Source of the DNA: Candidatus Sumerlaeia bacterium
GTDB lineage: Bacteria > Sumerlaeota > Sumerlaeia > SLMS01
Direction of reading: 5' to 3'
DNA length: 18,850 bases
Assembly (NCBI GenBank): GCA_038208905.1
Contig: JBBQYG010000066.1
Span: 1 to 18,850 of the forward strand
In this document: positions 7,722 to 16,614 of the stretch, piece after piece
Layout: each line of letters starts with the position of its first letter
Numbering within the stretch: the stretch's first letter is position 1
Translations under genes and position numbers: made by a program
The notes under the pieces: model-generated
What the model saw: the letters and a program-made list of their open reading frames with translations, nothing else
Told to the model about the DNA's origin: nothing
The model's database searches: none

Positions 7722-8026
7722 AAAGGCGATGATGGGGAGTAGTATGAAGCCCCGGCGAGCCAGCAGAGAGGGACCTCCCGGCTGAAAGGGTCCTGCCGCC
7801 AGCTTCTGAACTCGCCCCTGAGCCGCTGGTGCGAACCGCCCATTTCTTCAGGGCCAAGTAGAGCCAGCCGGGTTGGCCTCCCCCGTTAGAGGAGAAATGG
7901 AGAGTTCCCCGCGCAACAGCAGGCCGCGCGTCGGGAAATCGGGGTGGTACCGCGCTCGAAAGTTTTTGGCGCCCCCGAAGTCTGAACGGGTAAGCCCGCC
8001 ATGACTTCGGGGGCGCCCGCATTTTT
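7722..8026 (+). ncRNA. T-box riboswitch, leucine specifier (CUC), transcription-attenuation type
   Basis: Stem I has GCGATGA (GA motif), AGTAGTA, AGAGAG and GCTGAAA. Specifier loop GAA-CTC-G at 7808-7814. Stem II GAA/AGTA. F-box CCGTTA at 7883-7888. T-box GGGTGGTACCGCG at 7942-7954, followed by a terminator. Lies directly upstream of leuA. Confidence 0.95.
7968..8026 (+). terminator. Intrinsic terminator (attenuator) of the T-box
   Basis: GGCGCCCCCGAAGTC (7968-7982) pairs perfectly with GACTTCGGGGGCGCC (8003-8017), then TTTTT at 8022-8026. The 5' arm can alternatively pair with the T-box sequence (antiterminator). Confidence 0.9.
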
Positions 8027-8060
8027 AGCGGCCGGATGGCCGCACAGGAGGTCTTCCATC

Positions 8061-9656
8061 ATGGAAACGACGGACCGCGTGTTGATCTTCGACACCACGT
8101 TGCGCGACGGCGAGCAATCCCCGGGATGCAGCATGACGCCCAAGGAAAAGCTGGAAGTGGCCCGTCAGCTAGCGCGACTCGGCGTCGACGTGATCGAGGC
8201 GGGATTCCCGATCAGTTCCGTGGGGGACTTCGAGAGCGTCCGCGCGATCGCGGAGATTGTCGGCAATCTGGAAATCAATGGCATGGAGCCGCCGATCATC
8301 GCGGGCCTGGCACGGGCGAAGGAACTCGACATCATGCGGACGGTGGAGGCGGTCAAGGCGGCCCGCCGACCGCGAGTCCACACGTTCCTCTCCACGTCTC
8401 CGATCCACCGCGAGCGCAAGCTGCGCATGAGCCGCGAGAAAGTGCTCGCGATGGCCGTGGAGGCCGTCCGCCTGGCGAAGTCCCACGTGGAGGACGTCGA
8501 GTTCTCCCTGGAGGACGCGGGGCGCACGGAGTACGACTACATGGTGGAAGTGGTGCAGGCCGTCATCGAGGCGGGCGCCACAACGGTCAACATTCCCGAC
8601 ACGGTGGGCTATTGCCAGCCGGAGCAGTATGCGGATCGCATCCGCCATATCATGGAGAACGTTCCCAACGTGGGGAAGGCGATCATCAGCGTGCATTGCC
8701 ACGACGACCTGGGCCTTGCGGTGGCGAACTCGCTGGCGGCGGTGAAGGCCGGCGCGCGGCAGGTCGAGTGTACCGTCAACGGCATCGGAGAACGCGCGGG
8801 AAACACGTCGCTCGAGGAAGTCGTGATGAACCTGCGTACGCGGCGCGACTACTTCGGGATCGATACGCGAATCGTTTCCGCGGAGATATATCCAACGTCG
8901 CGGCTTGTCTCCCAGATGACAGGCTCGCGCGTTCAAGCGAACAAGGCCATCGTGGGCGCCAACGCCTTCGCCCACGAGAGCGGCATCCATCAGGACGGCA
9001 TGCTGAAGGACAAGGAAACCTATGAGATCATGACCCCTGAATCCGTCGGCTGGAAGGGCGAGGGGATGGTCATGGGCAAGCACTCGGGGCGACATGCCTT
9101 CGCGACGCGCATGAAGGAAATCGGCTTCGAGATGGAGAGCGAGCCGCTTGAGAGGGCATTCACGCGCTTCAAGGAACTGGCCGACAAGAAGAAGGAGATA
9201 TTCGACGAGGATCTGATCGCCATCGCCGAGGAAGTCCTCTTCAGGGAATCCAGCCAGGCGTGGGACCTGACGTATATGCACGCCAGCAGCGGCACGGAGA
9301 CCCTGCCCACAGCGACGGTCAAGATGACCTTCAAGGGCGAAGTGCTCGTGGACGCAGCAATGGGCGACGGTCCCGTGGACGCCGTGTTCCATGCCATCGA
9401 CCGCATCACCGGGAATCCCCTGAAGGTTCACGAGTACCACTTGGACGCGGTAACGGAAGGCCAAGACGCGCAGGGTCGGGTCACACTCGTCGTCAGCCGC
9501 CAGGAGGCCGAGTCGGTCAAGGTCAAGGGGAGCGGCATCTCGACCGATGTGGTGCTGGCCTCGGCGAAGGCCTACGTGAATGCGTTGAACGCTCTCGACC
9601 GCCTGGAGAAGTCCCACGGCGGCGAGGTGAAGAAGGTGAGCACGATGGCGCCGTGA
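8061..9656 (+). CDS. leuA: 2-isopropylmalate synthase
   Basis: IFDTTLRDGEQSPG, SVHCHDDLGLAVANSL, NGIGERAGN, NAFAHESGIHQDG, GKHSGRHA, and regulatory domain GDGPVDA...YVNALN. AGGAGG RBS; Leu T-box upstream. Confidence 0.97.
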   Translation: METTDRVLIFDTTLRDGEQSPGCSMTPKEKLEVARQLARLGVDVIEAGFPISSVGDFESVRAIAEIVGNLEINGMEPPIIAGLARAKELDIMRTVEAVKAARRPRVHTFLSTSPIHRERKLRMSREKVLAMAVEAVRLAKSHVEDVEFSLEDAGRTEYDYMVEVVQAVIEAGATTVNIPDTVGYCQPEQYADRIRHIMENVPNVGKAIISVHCHDDLGLAVANSLAAVKAGARQVECTVNGIGERAGNTSLEEVVMNLRTRRDYFGIDTRIVSAEIYPTSRLVSQMTGSRVQANKAIVGANAFAHESGIHQDGMLKDKETYEIMTPESVGWKGEGMVMGKHSGRHAFATRMKEIGFEMESEPLERAFTRFKELADKKKEIFDEDLIAIAEEVLFRESSQAWDLTYMHASSGTETLPTATVKMTFKGEVLVDAAMGDGPVDAVFHAIDRITGNPLKVHEYHLDAVTEGQDAQGRVTLVVSRQEAESVKVKGSGISTDVVLASAKAYVNALNALDRLEKSHGGEVKKVSTMAP

Positions 9657-9673
9657 TGGCGCTTGCCGGGAAG

Positions 9674-9703
9674 CCCCGCCCGATGGATGGATATCGGGCG
9701 GGG
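9674..9703. repeat. Perfect 11-bp inverted repeat between leuA and the TA pair
   Basis: CCCCGCCCGAT-N8-ATCGGGCGGGG with no U-tract. Could be a terminator/stabilising hairpin or an operator. Confidence 0.6.
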
Positions 9704-9731
9704 ACAACCGGGCCCCACAAGGAGGCACGTC

Positions 9732-9989
9732 ATGATTGTCACGCTGGAAGAAGCCAAGAACTCGCTGGAAGAACTAATTGCGCGCAGCGAGCGCGGCGAG
9801 GAAATCACGATTTTTGAAAGTGGGGCCAAGCCAATTGCCCGCCTAGTTCACGTGGAAACCGATACGCTAGCGGAGGATCCGCAGCAAGGCAAGCGCTTGG
9901 GAGGTTGGACCTTCGGGCTCGGCAAAGGAACCATCTGGATGGCCGATGACTTTGACGAGACCCCAGAAGAGTTTCGGGACTACGTGTGA
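9732..9989 (+). CDS. Phd/YefM family antitoxin
   Basis: MIVTLEEAKNSLEELIARSERGEEITI...KPIARLV and tail KGTIWMADDFDETPEEFRDY. AGGAGG RBS; GTGA overlap with the toxin gene. Confidence 0.9.
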   Translation: MIVTLEEAKNSLEELIARSERGEEITIFESGAKPIARLVHVETDTLAEDPQQGKRLGGWTFGLGKGTIWMADDFDETPEEFRDYV

Positions 9990-10222
9990 CCCAAGTCATT
10001 ATCGACAGCCATGTTTTCCTATGGGCGCGGGAGGCGAGATCATTGCTTTCTCGCTTCGCGGGAGAGATACTTGCGGACCCGGCGATTCTGAAGTTCCTGA
10101 GCATGGCGAGTGTTTGGGAGATGTCGATAAAAATTGGGACTGGGAAGCTAAAGATTTCGAACTCTCTCGAATTCGGCCGCGACCGGATCTTCGACCGCTA
10201 TGGCGTCGAGCGCATCTGGTGA
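9986..10222 (+). pseudogene. vapC: VapC/PIN toxin with an internal in-frame deletion (78 aa)
   Basis: Keeps the N-term IIDSHVFLW...SMASVWEMSIKIGTGKL and the usual C-term DRIFDRYGVERIW, but lacks the central segment with the H.DPFDR motif found in ~130-aa members. Confidence 0.8.
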
Positions 10223-10237
10223 GCGCGCTTCCCCACT

Positions 10238-11329
10238 TTGCGATCCATTGACCTCCTGATCGTCGGCGGCGGCTCCATCGGGTTGAGCTGCGCGCTCCAC
10301 GCGGCGGAGAGATTCCCCAATTTCCGTATTGCCGTGATGGATTCGGGAAACCTGCCGGGCGTCGCATCGCGGGCGGCGGCGGGGATGCTGGTGCCGTTCG
10401 CGGAGTTCGAGGAGGACAGCCCGCTCTTTCGACTCTGCGTTGAGAGCCTTGAATACTATCCGGAGTTTCTGCGCCGCTTTCGCATCGATGCGCCGCTCGA
10501 TGTTGCGGGGACGCTGACTCCTATCCTGCCGGGTGGTTGTGATCGCGTTGCACGGGTTGAGGCGCTGGCTTCGACCCTCGCGGAGTGTCGGCGCTTGGGT
10601 CGCGACGAATTGATGACGGAGGAACCGACCCTCGTTGGTGGCGCATCGAGCGGAGCCCTCTGGATTCCCGGTGCGCTGATCGATCCGCGGCGGCTGCATG
10701 GGGAACTCCTCAGCCGCGCCCGGGAGGCGGCAATCGAGTTCATCGAAGGCGCGCCGACCTCATCGGAGATTGTTGGCGGCCGAATTGCCTCAATCGTTTC
10801 CTCTAAGAGTAATCGCCTCTCACCCGGCCAGGTGGTGCTGGCGACGGGCGCGTGGTCGGAGGAGGCAGGCGCCGTTTTCGGCCTTCGCGCGCCCATTGTT
10901 CCCATCAAGGGTCAGGTGGCGAGATTCGACTGCCCAGATGGATTGCTGCGCCATGTGATCCACACCCACGGCGTCTATCTGGCCCCGCGCCCCGGGTCGG
11001 GGATCGTGTTTGGGGCGACGATGGAAGTGGCAGGATTCGACAGCGAGGTGTCTAAAGCGACGATGGCGAATTTGCGAGAAGCCGCGCTGGATTTGGCGCC
11101 GGGCCTTGCAAAGTACCCCGTGGCCGAGAGCTGGATCGGGTTCCGCCCCAAGTTTCCCGACGGTCTCCCCGCCATTGGGCGCAGCAGCCAAGTTGCCAAC
11201 CTGATCATCGCAACGGGGCATTTCCGGAACGGGATCCTGCTGACTCCGGCCACGGGAAAGATCGTGGCCGACGCGATCGGAGGCGACGGCGGCATGAGGT
11301 GGCTGCGCCCTGCGCGTTTGGCGCTCTGA
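10238..11329 (+). CDS. thiO: Glycine oxidase ThiO (FAD-dependent DAO family)
   Basis: LLIVGGGSIG, ASRAAAGML, IDPRRL, VVLATGAWS, PIKGQ, GATME..GFD, WIGFRP..PDGLPAIG, ATGHFRNGILLTPAT. Confidence 0.9.
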   Translation: MRSIDLLIVGGGSIGLSCALHAAERFPNFRIAVMDSGNLPGVASRAAAGMLVPFAEFEEDSPLFRLCVESLEYYPEFLRRFRIDAPLDVAGTLTPILPGGCDRVARVEALASTLAECRRLGRDELMTEEPTLVGGASSGALWIPGALIDPRRLHGELLSRAREAAIEFIEGAPTSSEIVGGRIASIVSSKSNRLSPGQVVLATGAWSEEAGAVFGLRAPIVPIKGQVARFDCPDGLLRHVIHTHGVYLAPRPGSGIVFGATMEVAGFDSEVSKATMANLREAALDLAPGLAKYPVAESWIGFRPKFPDGLPAIGRSSQVANLIIATGHFRNGILLTPATGKIVADAIGGDGGMRWLRPARLAL

Positions 11330-11334
11330 GGAAG

Positions 11335-11384
11335 CGCAATCCCGTTGCCCGCCGCGATGCGATGGCGGGTAGTGGAGCATTGCG
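11335..11384 (+). terminator. Imperfect hairpin after thiO
   Basis: CGCAAT...GTTGCCCGCC-loop-GGCGGGTAGT...ATTGCG; no U-tract. Confidence 0.3.
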
Positions 11385-11408
11385 AAATCGAAACGGGAAA
11401 ATCCCTCC

Positions 11409-12936
11409 ATGAGACTTGGCCAAAGTTGCGCAGCTTGCGCGATATCGCTGATTCTAGCAGCGCCGGCGGCTGGTATCGCCCAAGCGCAGCCGCCTGCGGC
11501 GGTGAATCAAGCAGGACGAGGTTGTCACGCTAAACCTGTCGCCCGAACAGGGCCCAGAGGACGTGTTGGCGATCCTGCGCTCGGGGGACAAGTTCGAGAC
11601 GAACAGCTACGTTTCCCGTGTCTTCGAACTGGAGCACGCGTTGGCGCTCGAGATTCGTTCGGCCGTCGCCGAGATGACGGGCGCCGAGAAGGGATTCACA
11701 CGCGCGGTCACAACGAAGCCGACGGACGGCTCTGCGGCGCGGCAATTCCTCCTGGTGACCACGACTCCAAGACAAATGGAGTATATCGCGGGAGCCGTCG
11801 AGCAGCTGGACGTTCCCTTCATCGTCAACAATTCGGGCACCGCCCGGCGGTCGGTGCGACTCAAGCACCGGCTGGCATCCGACCTTGCCGTCATTCTGAG
11901 GGCGACACGCCTTAGCCCAACGGGGAAGGCAGTGGCCGACGACTTGACCAACACCCTGTATTATGACGATACCCAGTATGTTGCGGGCGAGGTGGACAAG
12001 TACGTAAGCTTTTTCGACGTTCCCACGCCACAGGTGGAGTTCGACGTCAGGATCATTGAGATAAGGGAGGAAAACAGCGGGAAGCTCGGTCTCGATTGGG
12101 ACGCTTGGAAAAGCATGGTGGGCGGCCAGATCGGCCTGACAGCGACGAGTCTGGAGGGCGGCGAATCCTTTTCCCGCGTGGATACGCTTCTTTCGCTCGA
12201 TGCGAACGTGTTGGCGGCGTTCCTCAACTACACCGTGCAAACGGGGACGGCGCGCCTGGCACAGCGGTCTCGCCTCAATGCGTCGAACCTTCAGCCCGCC
12301 GTTATTTCCGACGCCCGACACGTTCCCGTCTATGGGTACCAGCGTTCGACGCGGGATCCGAAGATTCTGACCGAGGCGAACCCGAGGGTGGATGCGGGCA
12401 ATGTGTATGACGATAACGAAGCCGCCTCCCCGCGCACAGTGACTATCGTGCCGCCTGTGGAAAATCGCCTCGTCGATCTTTCCGATGACGAGGCCGGCCT
12501 GCTGATCGCGATTCGGCCTGTGATCGGCACGGAAACAGTCAGCGCCAACATCAATGTATCGATGAACACCGTGACAGGATTCGACGATCAGGGTCGTCCG
12601 CTTTTGTCGCGCCAGAGTCTTGAGAACCTGTTCACGCTGCACGATGGCAAGGAACTCCTGTTGGGAACACTTGAACGTGAAATGGCGACGCGCCAGCGGC
12701 GGGGCATTCCGTTGCTGATGTCGGTCCCGGTGCTCAAGTATCTGGTCAGCGTGGAAGCGACATCACGGCAGAAGTCGCGGCTGTTCCTTCTGGCGACACC
12801 ACGTTTTTCCTCAGTTCGATATGGCGCGCCCACCATGGCCGCATCCGAATCAGAGGGCCTGCTGAACATAACGGATCGCCCAGTCGAACTGGAGGACGGG
12901 GTCACGGCGAATACGATCGAGGACCTGAGAAACTGA
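11409..12936 (+). CDS. Secretin family (type II/III secretion, GspD-like) protein, interrupted by a +1 frameshift near 11505; main ORF is 11563-12936
   Basis: Secretin motifs DVPTPQVEFDVRIIE...KLGLDW, GLLIAIRPVI, TLHDGKELLLG, GIPLLMSVPVLKYL, LFLLATP. The Sec signal peptide MRLGQSCAACAISLILAAPAAGIAQA is in the adjacent frame from ATG 11409. Confidence 0.82.
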
Positions 12937-12942
12937 GGACGA

Positions 12943-12975
12943 AGAACGGCCGCGCGGTTATTGCGCGGCCGTTCT
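12943..12975. terminator. Probable bidirectional terminator between the convergent secretin and flotillin genes
   Basis: AGAACGGCCGCGC-N7-GCGCGGCCGTTCT, a perfect 13-bp stem. Confidence 0.75.
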
Positions 12976-13003
12976 GAATTGTCAAAGGTGAGGGGCTAGG
13001 CAA

Positions 13004-14575
13004 TCACGGCGCCGGTGGTGGTGGCGTTGCGGCTGGCGGTGGCGTGGATTCTTTTGGCCCCATCTTCCCCATGCCGGGAAGCCGCGAGACGACGTCCCCG
13101 AGGTTAATGCCGGTCAGTGACTCGACAATCGGCGGCAGGCCGCCGATGATTTTCGTCACATCCTGAGTCAGCTTGTTCACGGTACCGTCGTCCCCGCCCA
13201 TGCTGACGAAGGTGATGCGGTCGGTCTTGGAGAGCGGCAGGGCGATCTCGCGGGCGATCTCCGGCAACTTGTCGATGATGAGCTGCGCGATGGCCGCCTC
13301 GTTGTACTGCTTCCATGCCTCGGCCTTCTTTTCGTTGGCCTCGGCCTCGGCAAGACCCCGCGCGCGGATCGATTCGGCTTCCGCGAAGCCGCGCGCCCTG
13401 AGGACATCGGCCTCCGCCATGCCTCGGGCTCGGGAGGCTTCCGCCTCGGCAAGGCCCGCGGCACGCACAACGTCGGCTGAGGCGAAGCCATTCTTCTTCT
13501 CGGCTTCGGCGTGGCCGTGGGCCTCGCGCTCCAGCTTGGTCGCGGTGGCCTCAGCCAGCTTCTCGATGCGGTAGGCCTCCGCGTCGGCGGGCTTGCGGAC
13601 GGTCGCCTCCAGCTCGCGCTCGCGGCGTTCGATTTCCTTCTTCTGGACTTCGATGAGGCCGCTGCGCTCGACGACCTGAATTTTGACTTCCTCGGCCTTG
13701 GAAATCTGCATGGTGATGTTGCGCTGGATGTCATAGGAGAGTTCCGACTCGGCGCGCCGCTGGTTTACCGATGCCTCGTAGTCCTGCACCTTCATGCGAT
13801 AGTCGCGGTCGGCCTCTGCGATGCGGGTCTCGGCGCCGAGTCGGGCGATCTGGCCCTCCTGGTTGGCGGCGGCGCTGCGGGCGGTGGCGTCGCGGTCGGC
13901 TTCGGCCTGGCCGATGATGGCGTCGCGCTTGACCTGTGCCGTGCGGGGCTTGCCGAGGGCGTCCAGGTAGCCGTTGGGATCGGTGATGTCCTTGATCGTG
14001 AAGCTGACAATGCGCAGGCCCATGTTGCGCATGTCGGCGATGGCGATGGATTGCACGCTCTGGGCGAACTTGTCGCGTTCCTTGTAGATCTCCTCCACGG
14101 TCATCGTGCCCAGCACGGCGCGGAGATGGCCTTCCATCGTCTCGAGGGCGACGCGGTGGATCTCCGCCTCGCTCAGGCCAAGGAACTGCTCCGCGGCGGT
14201 GTCGATGGACTGCTGGTCACTGTCAATCTTCACCTGCGCCACGCCGCCTACCACGACGGGCACACCCTCGATCGTATAGACCTCGGGGGTCCTCACCATC
14301 AGGGTGAGGATGTTGAGCGACATGCGATCAACACGCTCTACGATCGGATAGACGAGGACACCGCCACCGCGAATCGTGCGGAAGCCCTTGCCTTCCTTCC
14401 CGTGGACAAGCCGGCCGGAGATGACCAGCACCTCGTTGGGGCCGACCTTCTTGTACCGGAAGGCAAAGAGGATCAGCAGAATCAGCACCAAGGGGATGGC
14501 GATGATGAAGAAAAGCAGCGTGCCGCCAATGGCCTCCAGAGAGAGGGCGTTGAGGACGGTCATGGGAAGATTCAC
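13004..14575 (-). CDS. Flotillin-like SPFH/band 7 protein (FloT/YuaG type)
   Basis: N-terminal TM, RYKKVGPNEVLVISG, GGGVLVYPI, AAEQFLG, LEGHLRA-like TMEGHLRAVLGTMTVEEIY, GYLDALGK, AEA coiled-coil repeats and DKLPEIAREIALPL. AAGGAG before GTG 14575. Confidence 0.94.
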   Translation of the reverse strand: MNLPMTVLNALSLEAIGGTLLFFIIAIPLVLILLILFAFRYKKVGPNEVLVISGRLVHGKEGKGFRTIRGGGVLVYPIVERVDRMSLNILTLMVRTPEVYTIEGVPVVVGGVAQVKIDSDQQSIDTAAEQFLGLSEAEIHRVALETMEGHLRAVLGTMTVEEIYKERDKFAQSVQSIAIADMRNMGLRIVSFTIKDITDPNGYLDALGKPRTAQVKRDAIIGQAEADRDATARSAAANQEGQIARLGAETRIAEADRDYRMKVQDYEASVNQRRAESELSYDIQRNITMQISKAEEVKIQVVERSGLIEVQKKEIERRERELEATVRKPADAEAYRIEKLAEATATKLEREAHGHAEAEKKNGFASADVVRAAGLAEAEASRARGMAEADVLRARGFAEAESIRARGLAEAEANEKKAEAWKQYNEAAIAQLIIDKLPEIAREIALPLSKTDRITFVSMGGDDGTVNKLTQDVTKIIGGLPPIVESLTGINLGDVVSRLPGMGKMGPKESTPPPAATPPPPAP

Positions 14576-14640
14576 GGGGAACTCCTTTGGCTGAGTCTGA
14601 GGCCTTGGACAACTGCAACGGGATCGTCGGTCGGGTATGC

Positions 14641-14666
14641 TACGACCGGACCCGGAGGTTTGTTCA
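14641..14666 (-). promoter_or_regulatory. Putative ECF (SigW-like) promoter of the flotillin gene
   Basis: Minus strand TGAAC-N17-CGTA, about 65 nt upstream of the start codon. Confidence 0.45.
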
Positions 14667-14852
14667 ATGCGTCGGGGACTTTATTTGCTGCTCGGATCAA
14701 GGGCGCAACCGTCTTCGGCTGATAGACGAGGGGCGGTTTATAGAACGCGGCCACGTTTCTCCTCGCGCGGCGGCCCCACGGTGGCGTTTACTTTGCGCCA
14801 CGGGGCGCCGGGGCCGGTTGCCGGGACCCGGCTCTCCACCAACGGACCAATG

Positions 14853-16604
14853 ATGATGCCAAAGAAAGAAGAATCCCTGCTGACGTTTGGGGAGCTGGGC
14901 CTATCGGACGCCGTCCTAAAGGCCGTGAACGAAATCGGATACGAGACGCCCTCCCCCATTCAGGCGCGGACGATTCCCGCCCTGCTGGAAGGCCGCGACC
15001 TGGTGGGCCAGGCGCAGACGGGCACAGGCAAGACCGGCGCCTTTGCTCTGCCTCTCCTCTCCAAGATTACCTTTGGCAAGCAGTCGATGCCACAGGTCCT
15101 CGTGCTGGTCCCCACCCGCGAGCTGGCGATTCAGGTGTCCGAGGCGTTCCAACGCTATGCCGCCCACATGCCGGGATTCCACGTTCTGCCCATCTACGGT
15201 GGGCAGGGATACGAACCCCAGCTCCGCCAGCTTCGCCGCGAAACCCACGTCGTCGTCGGGACGCCCGGGCGCCTGGTTGACCACCTGAAGCGTGGGACGC
15301 TGAAGCTGGATACGCTCAAGTGCCTGGTGATCGACGAGGCCGACGAGATGCTGCGCATGGGCTTCATCGACGAGGTGGAATGGATCCTGACGCAGGCGCC
15401 CGCAAAGCGACAGATCGCGCTGTTCTCCGCCACGATGCCCACCGCGATCCGGCGCATCGCGACCGGGCACCTCAAGAATCCCGTCGAGGTGACGATCACA
15501 GAAAAGACCGCCACCGCCGCCACGATTCACCAGCGTTTCTGGATGGTGAGCGGCCTGCACAAACTGGACGCGCTGACGCGGATCCTGGAGGGTGAAACCT
15601 TCGACGCCGTGCTGATCTTCGTGAGGACACGCATCGCCGCGGAGGAATTGGCGAAGAAGCTGGACGCGCGCGGATTCGCGTGTGCTCCGCTGAGCGGCGA
15701 CGTGGCCCAGAAAGACCGCGAGATCACCGTGGGGAAACTCCGAGACGGCGAACTCGACATCATCGTGGCCACCGATGTGGCCGCGCGCGGGCTTGACGTG
15801 TCGCGCATCACCCATGTGATCAACTACGACATTCCCCACGACACGGAATCGTATATTCATCGCATCGGGCGCACCGGCCGGGCCGGGCGCGCGGGTCACG
15901 CGATCCTCTTCGTGGCGCCGCGAGAGCGCCGCCTGCTCAACGCGATCGAAACCGCCACGCGCCAGAAGATCGACCAGATGAACCTTCCCACGGTGTCCGA
16001 CATCAACGACATCCGCGTGGCGCGTTTCAAGCAACGCATCAAGGACTCGCTGGCGACGGAAGAACTGGGCATCTACTACCAGATTGTGGAGGAGTGCCGT
16101 CAGGAATCCAATGTCTCTGCGCTGGAGATCGCCGCCGCGCTCGCCCACATGGCACAGGGCGAGATGCCGCTCCTGATGACTCCACCGCCCAAGGACGCTC
16201 CCCCGCCCTTCGAGCCTTTTGCCGAAAGGCCCAACCGGAAAGACAAGGAACCTTTCCCGAAGCCACGTCGCGAGGCCCCGTCGGGCGCGCCACGCGCCAA
16301 GTACCGCATCGAAGTGGGCAGCGTCCACGGCGTGAAGCCCGGCCAGATTGTCGGGGCGATTGCCAACGAGGGTGGCTTCGGCGGCCAGGACATCGGCTCC
16401 ATCGACATCCGCGAGGATCACTCGATTGTGGAGCTGCCGGACGACCTCCCACGCGAGGCGATGAAGGTCCTCAAGGGAACACGCGTCTGCGGAAGGCCGC
16501 TCAAGCTCACCAAGGTCGAGGGAGCCGTCGAGCCCAGCACTCATCCGAAGCCCGCACCCAAGAAGTTCTTTGAAGGGAAGAAGGGGAAGGAGTGGAAGAA
16601 GTAG
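14853..16604 (+). CDS. deaD: DEAD-box RNA helicase DeaD/CsdA with DbpA-type RNA-binding domain
   Basis: Q motif GYETPSPIQ, AQTGTGKT, PTRELA, TPGR, DEAD, SAT, ARGLD, HRIGRTGRAG, and C-term YRIEVGSVHGVKPGQIVGAIANE. Start is one of three tandem ATGs (14850/14853/14856). Confidence 0.95.
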   Translation: MMPKKEESLLTFGELGLSDAVLKAVNEIGYETPSPIQARTIPALLEGRDLVGQAQTGTGKTGAFALPLLSKITFGKQSMPQVLVLVPTRELAIQVSEAFQRYAAHMPGFHVLPIYGGQGYEPQLRQLRRETHVVVGTPGRLVDHLKRGTLKLDTLKCLVIDEADEMLRMGFIDEVEWILTQAPAKRQIALFSATMPTAIRRIATGHLKNPVEVTITEKTATAATIHQRFWMVSGLHKLDALTRILEGETFDAVLIFVRTRIAAEELAKKLDARGFACAPLSGDVAQKDREITVGKLRDGELDIIVATDVAARGLDVSRITHVINYDIPHDTESYIHRIGRTGRAGRAGHAILFVAPRERRLLNAIETATRQKIDQMNLPTVSDINDIRVARFKQRIKDSLATEELGIYYQIVEECRQESNVSALEIAAALAHMAQGEMPLLMTPPPKDAPPPFEPFAERPNRKDKEPFPKPRREAPSGAPRAKYRIEVGSVHGVKPGQIVGAIANEGGFGGQDIGSIDIREDHSIVELPDDLPREAMKVLKGTRVCGRPLKLTKVEGAVEPSTHPKPAPKKFFEGKKGKEWKK

Positions 16605-16614
16605 GTCGGCTCCT

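Noticed and set aside
7680-8060. Leader-peptide attenuator for leuA
   Set aside because: No short Leu-rich ORF is present; the T-box explains the leader.
8169-9728. 519-aa antisense ORF over leuA, and similar long ORFs at 14916-16544, 13511-14722 and 11530-12642
   Set aside because: Shadow ORFs typical of high-GC codon bias; they overlap well-supported genes and show no protein motifs.
10220-10240. vapC and thiO are in the same frame, separated by one TGA (readthrough or Sec fusion?)
   Set aside because: YGVERIW* is the normal C-terminus of this PIN family, no SECIS-like hairpin was recognised, and a shared frame has a 1-in-3 chance.
13340-13490. 33-nt/11-aa tandem repeats (AEAxxxRARG)
   Set aside because: Ordinary flotillin coiled-coil repeats; not CRISPR or a mobile repeat.
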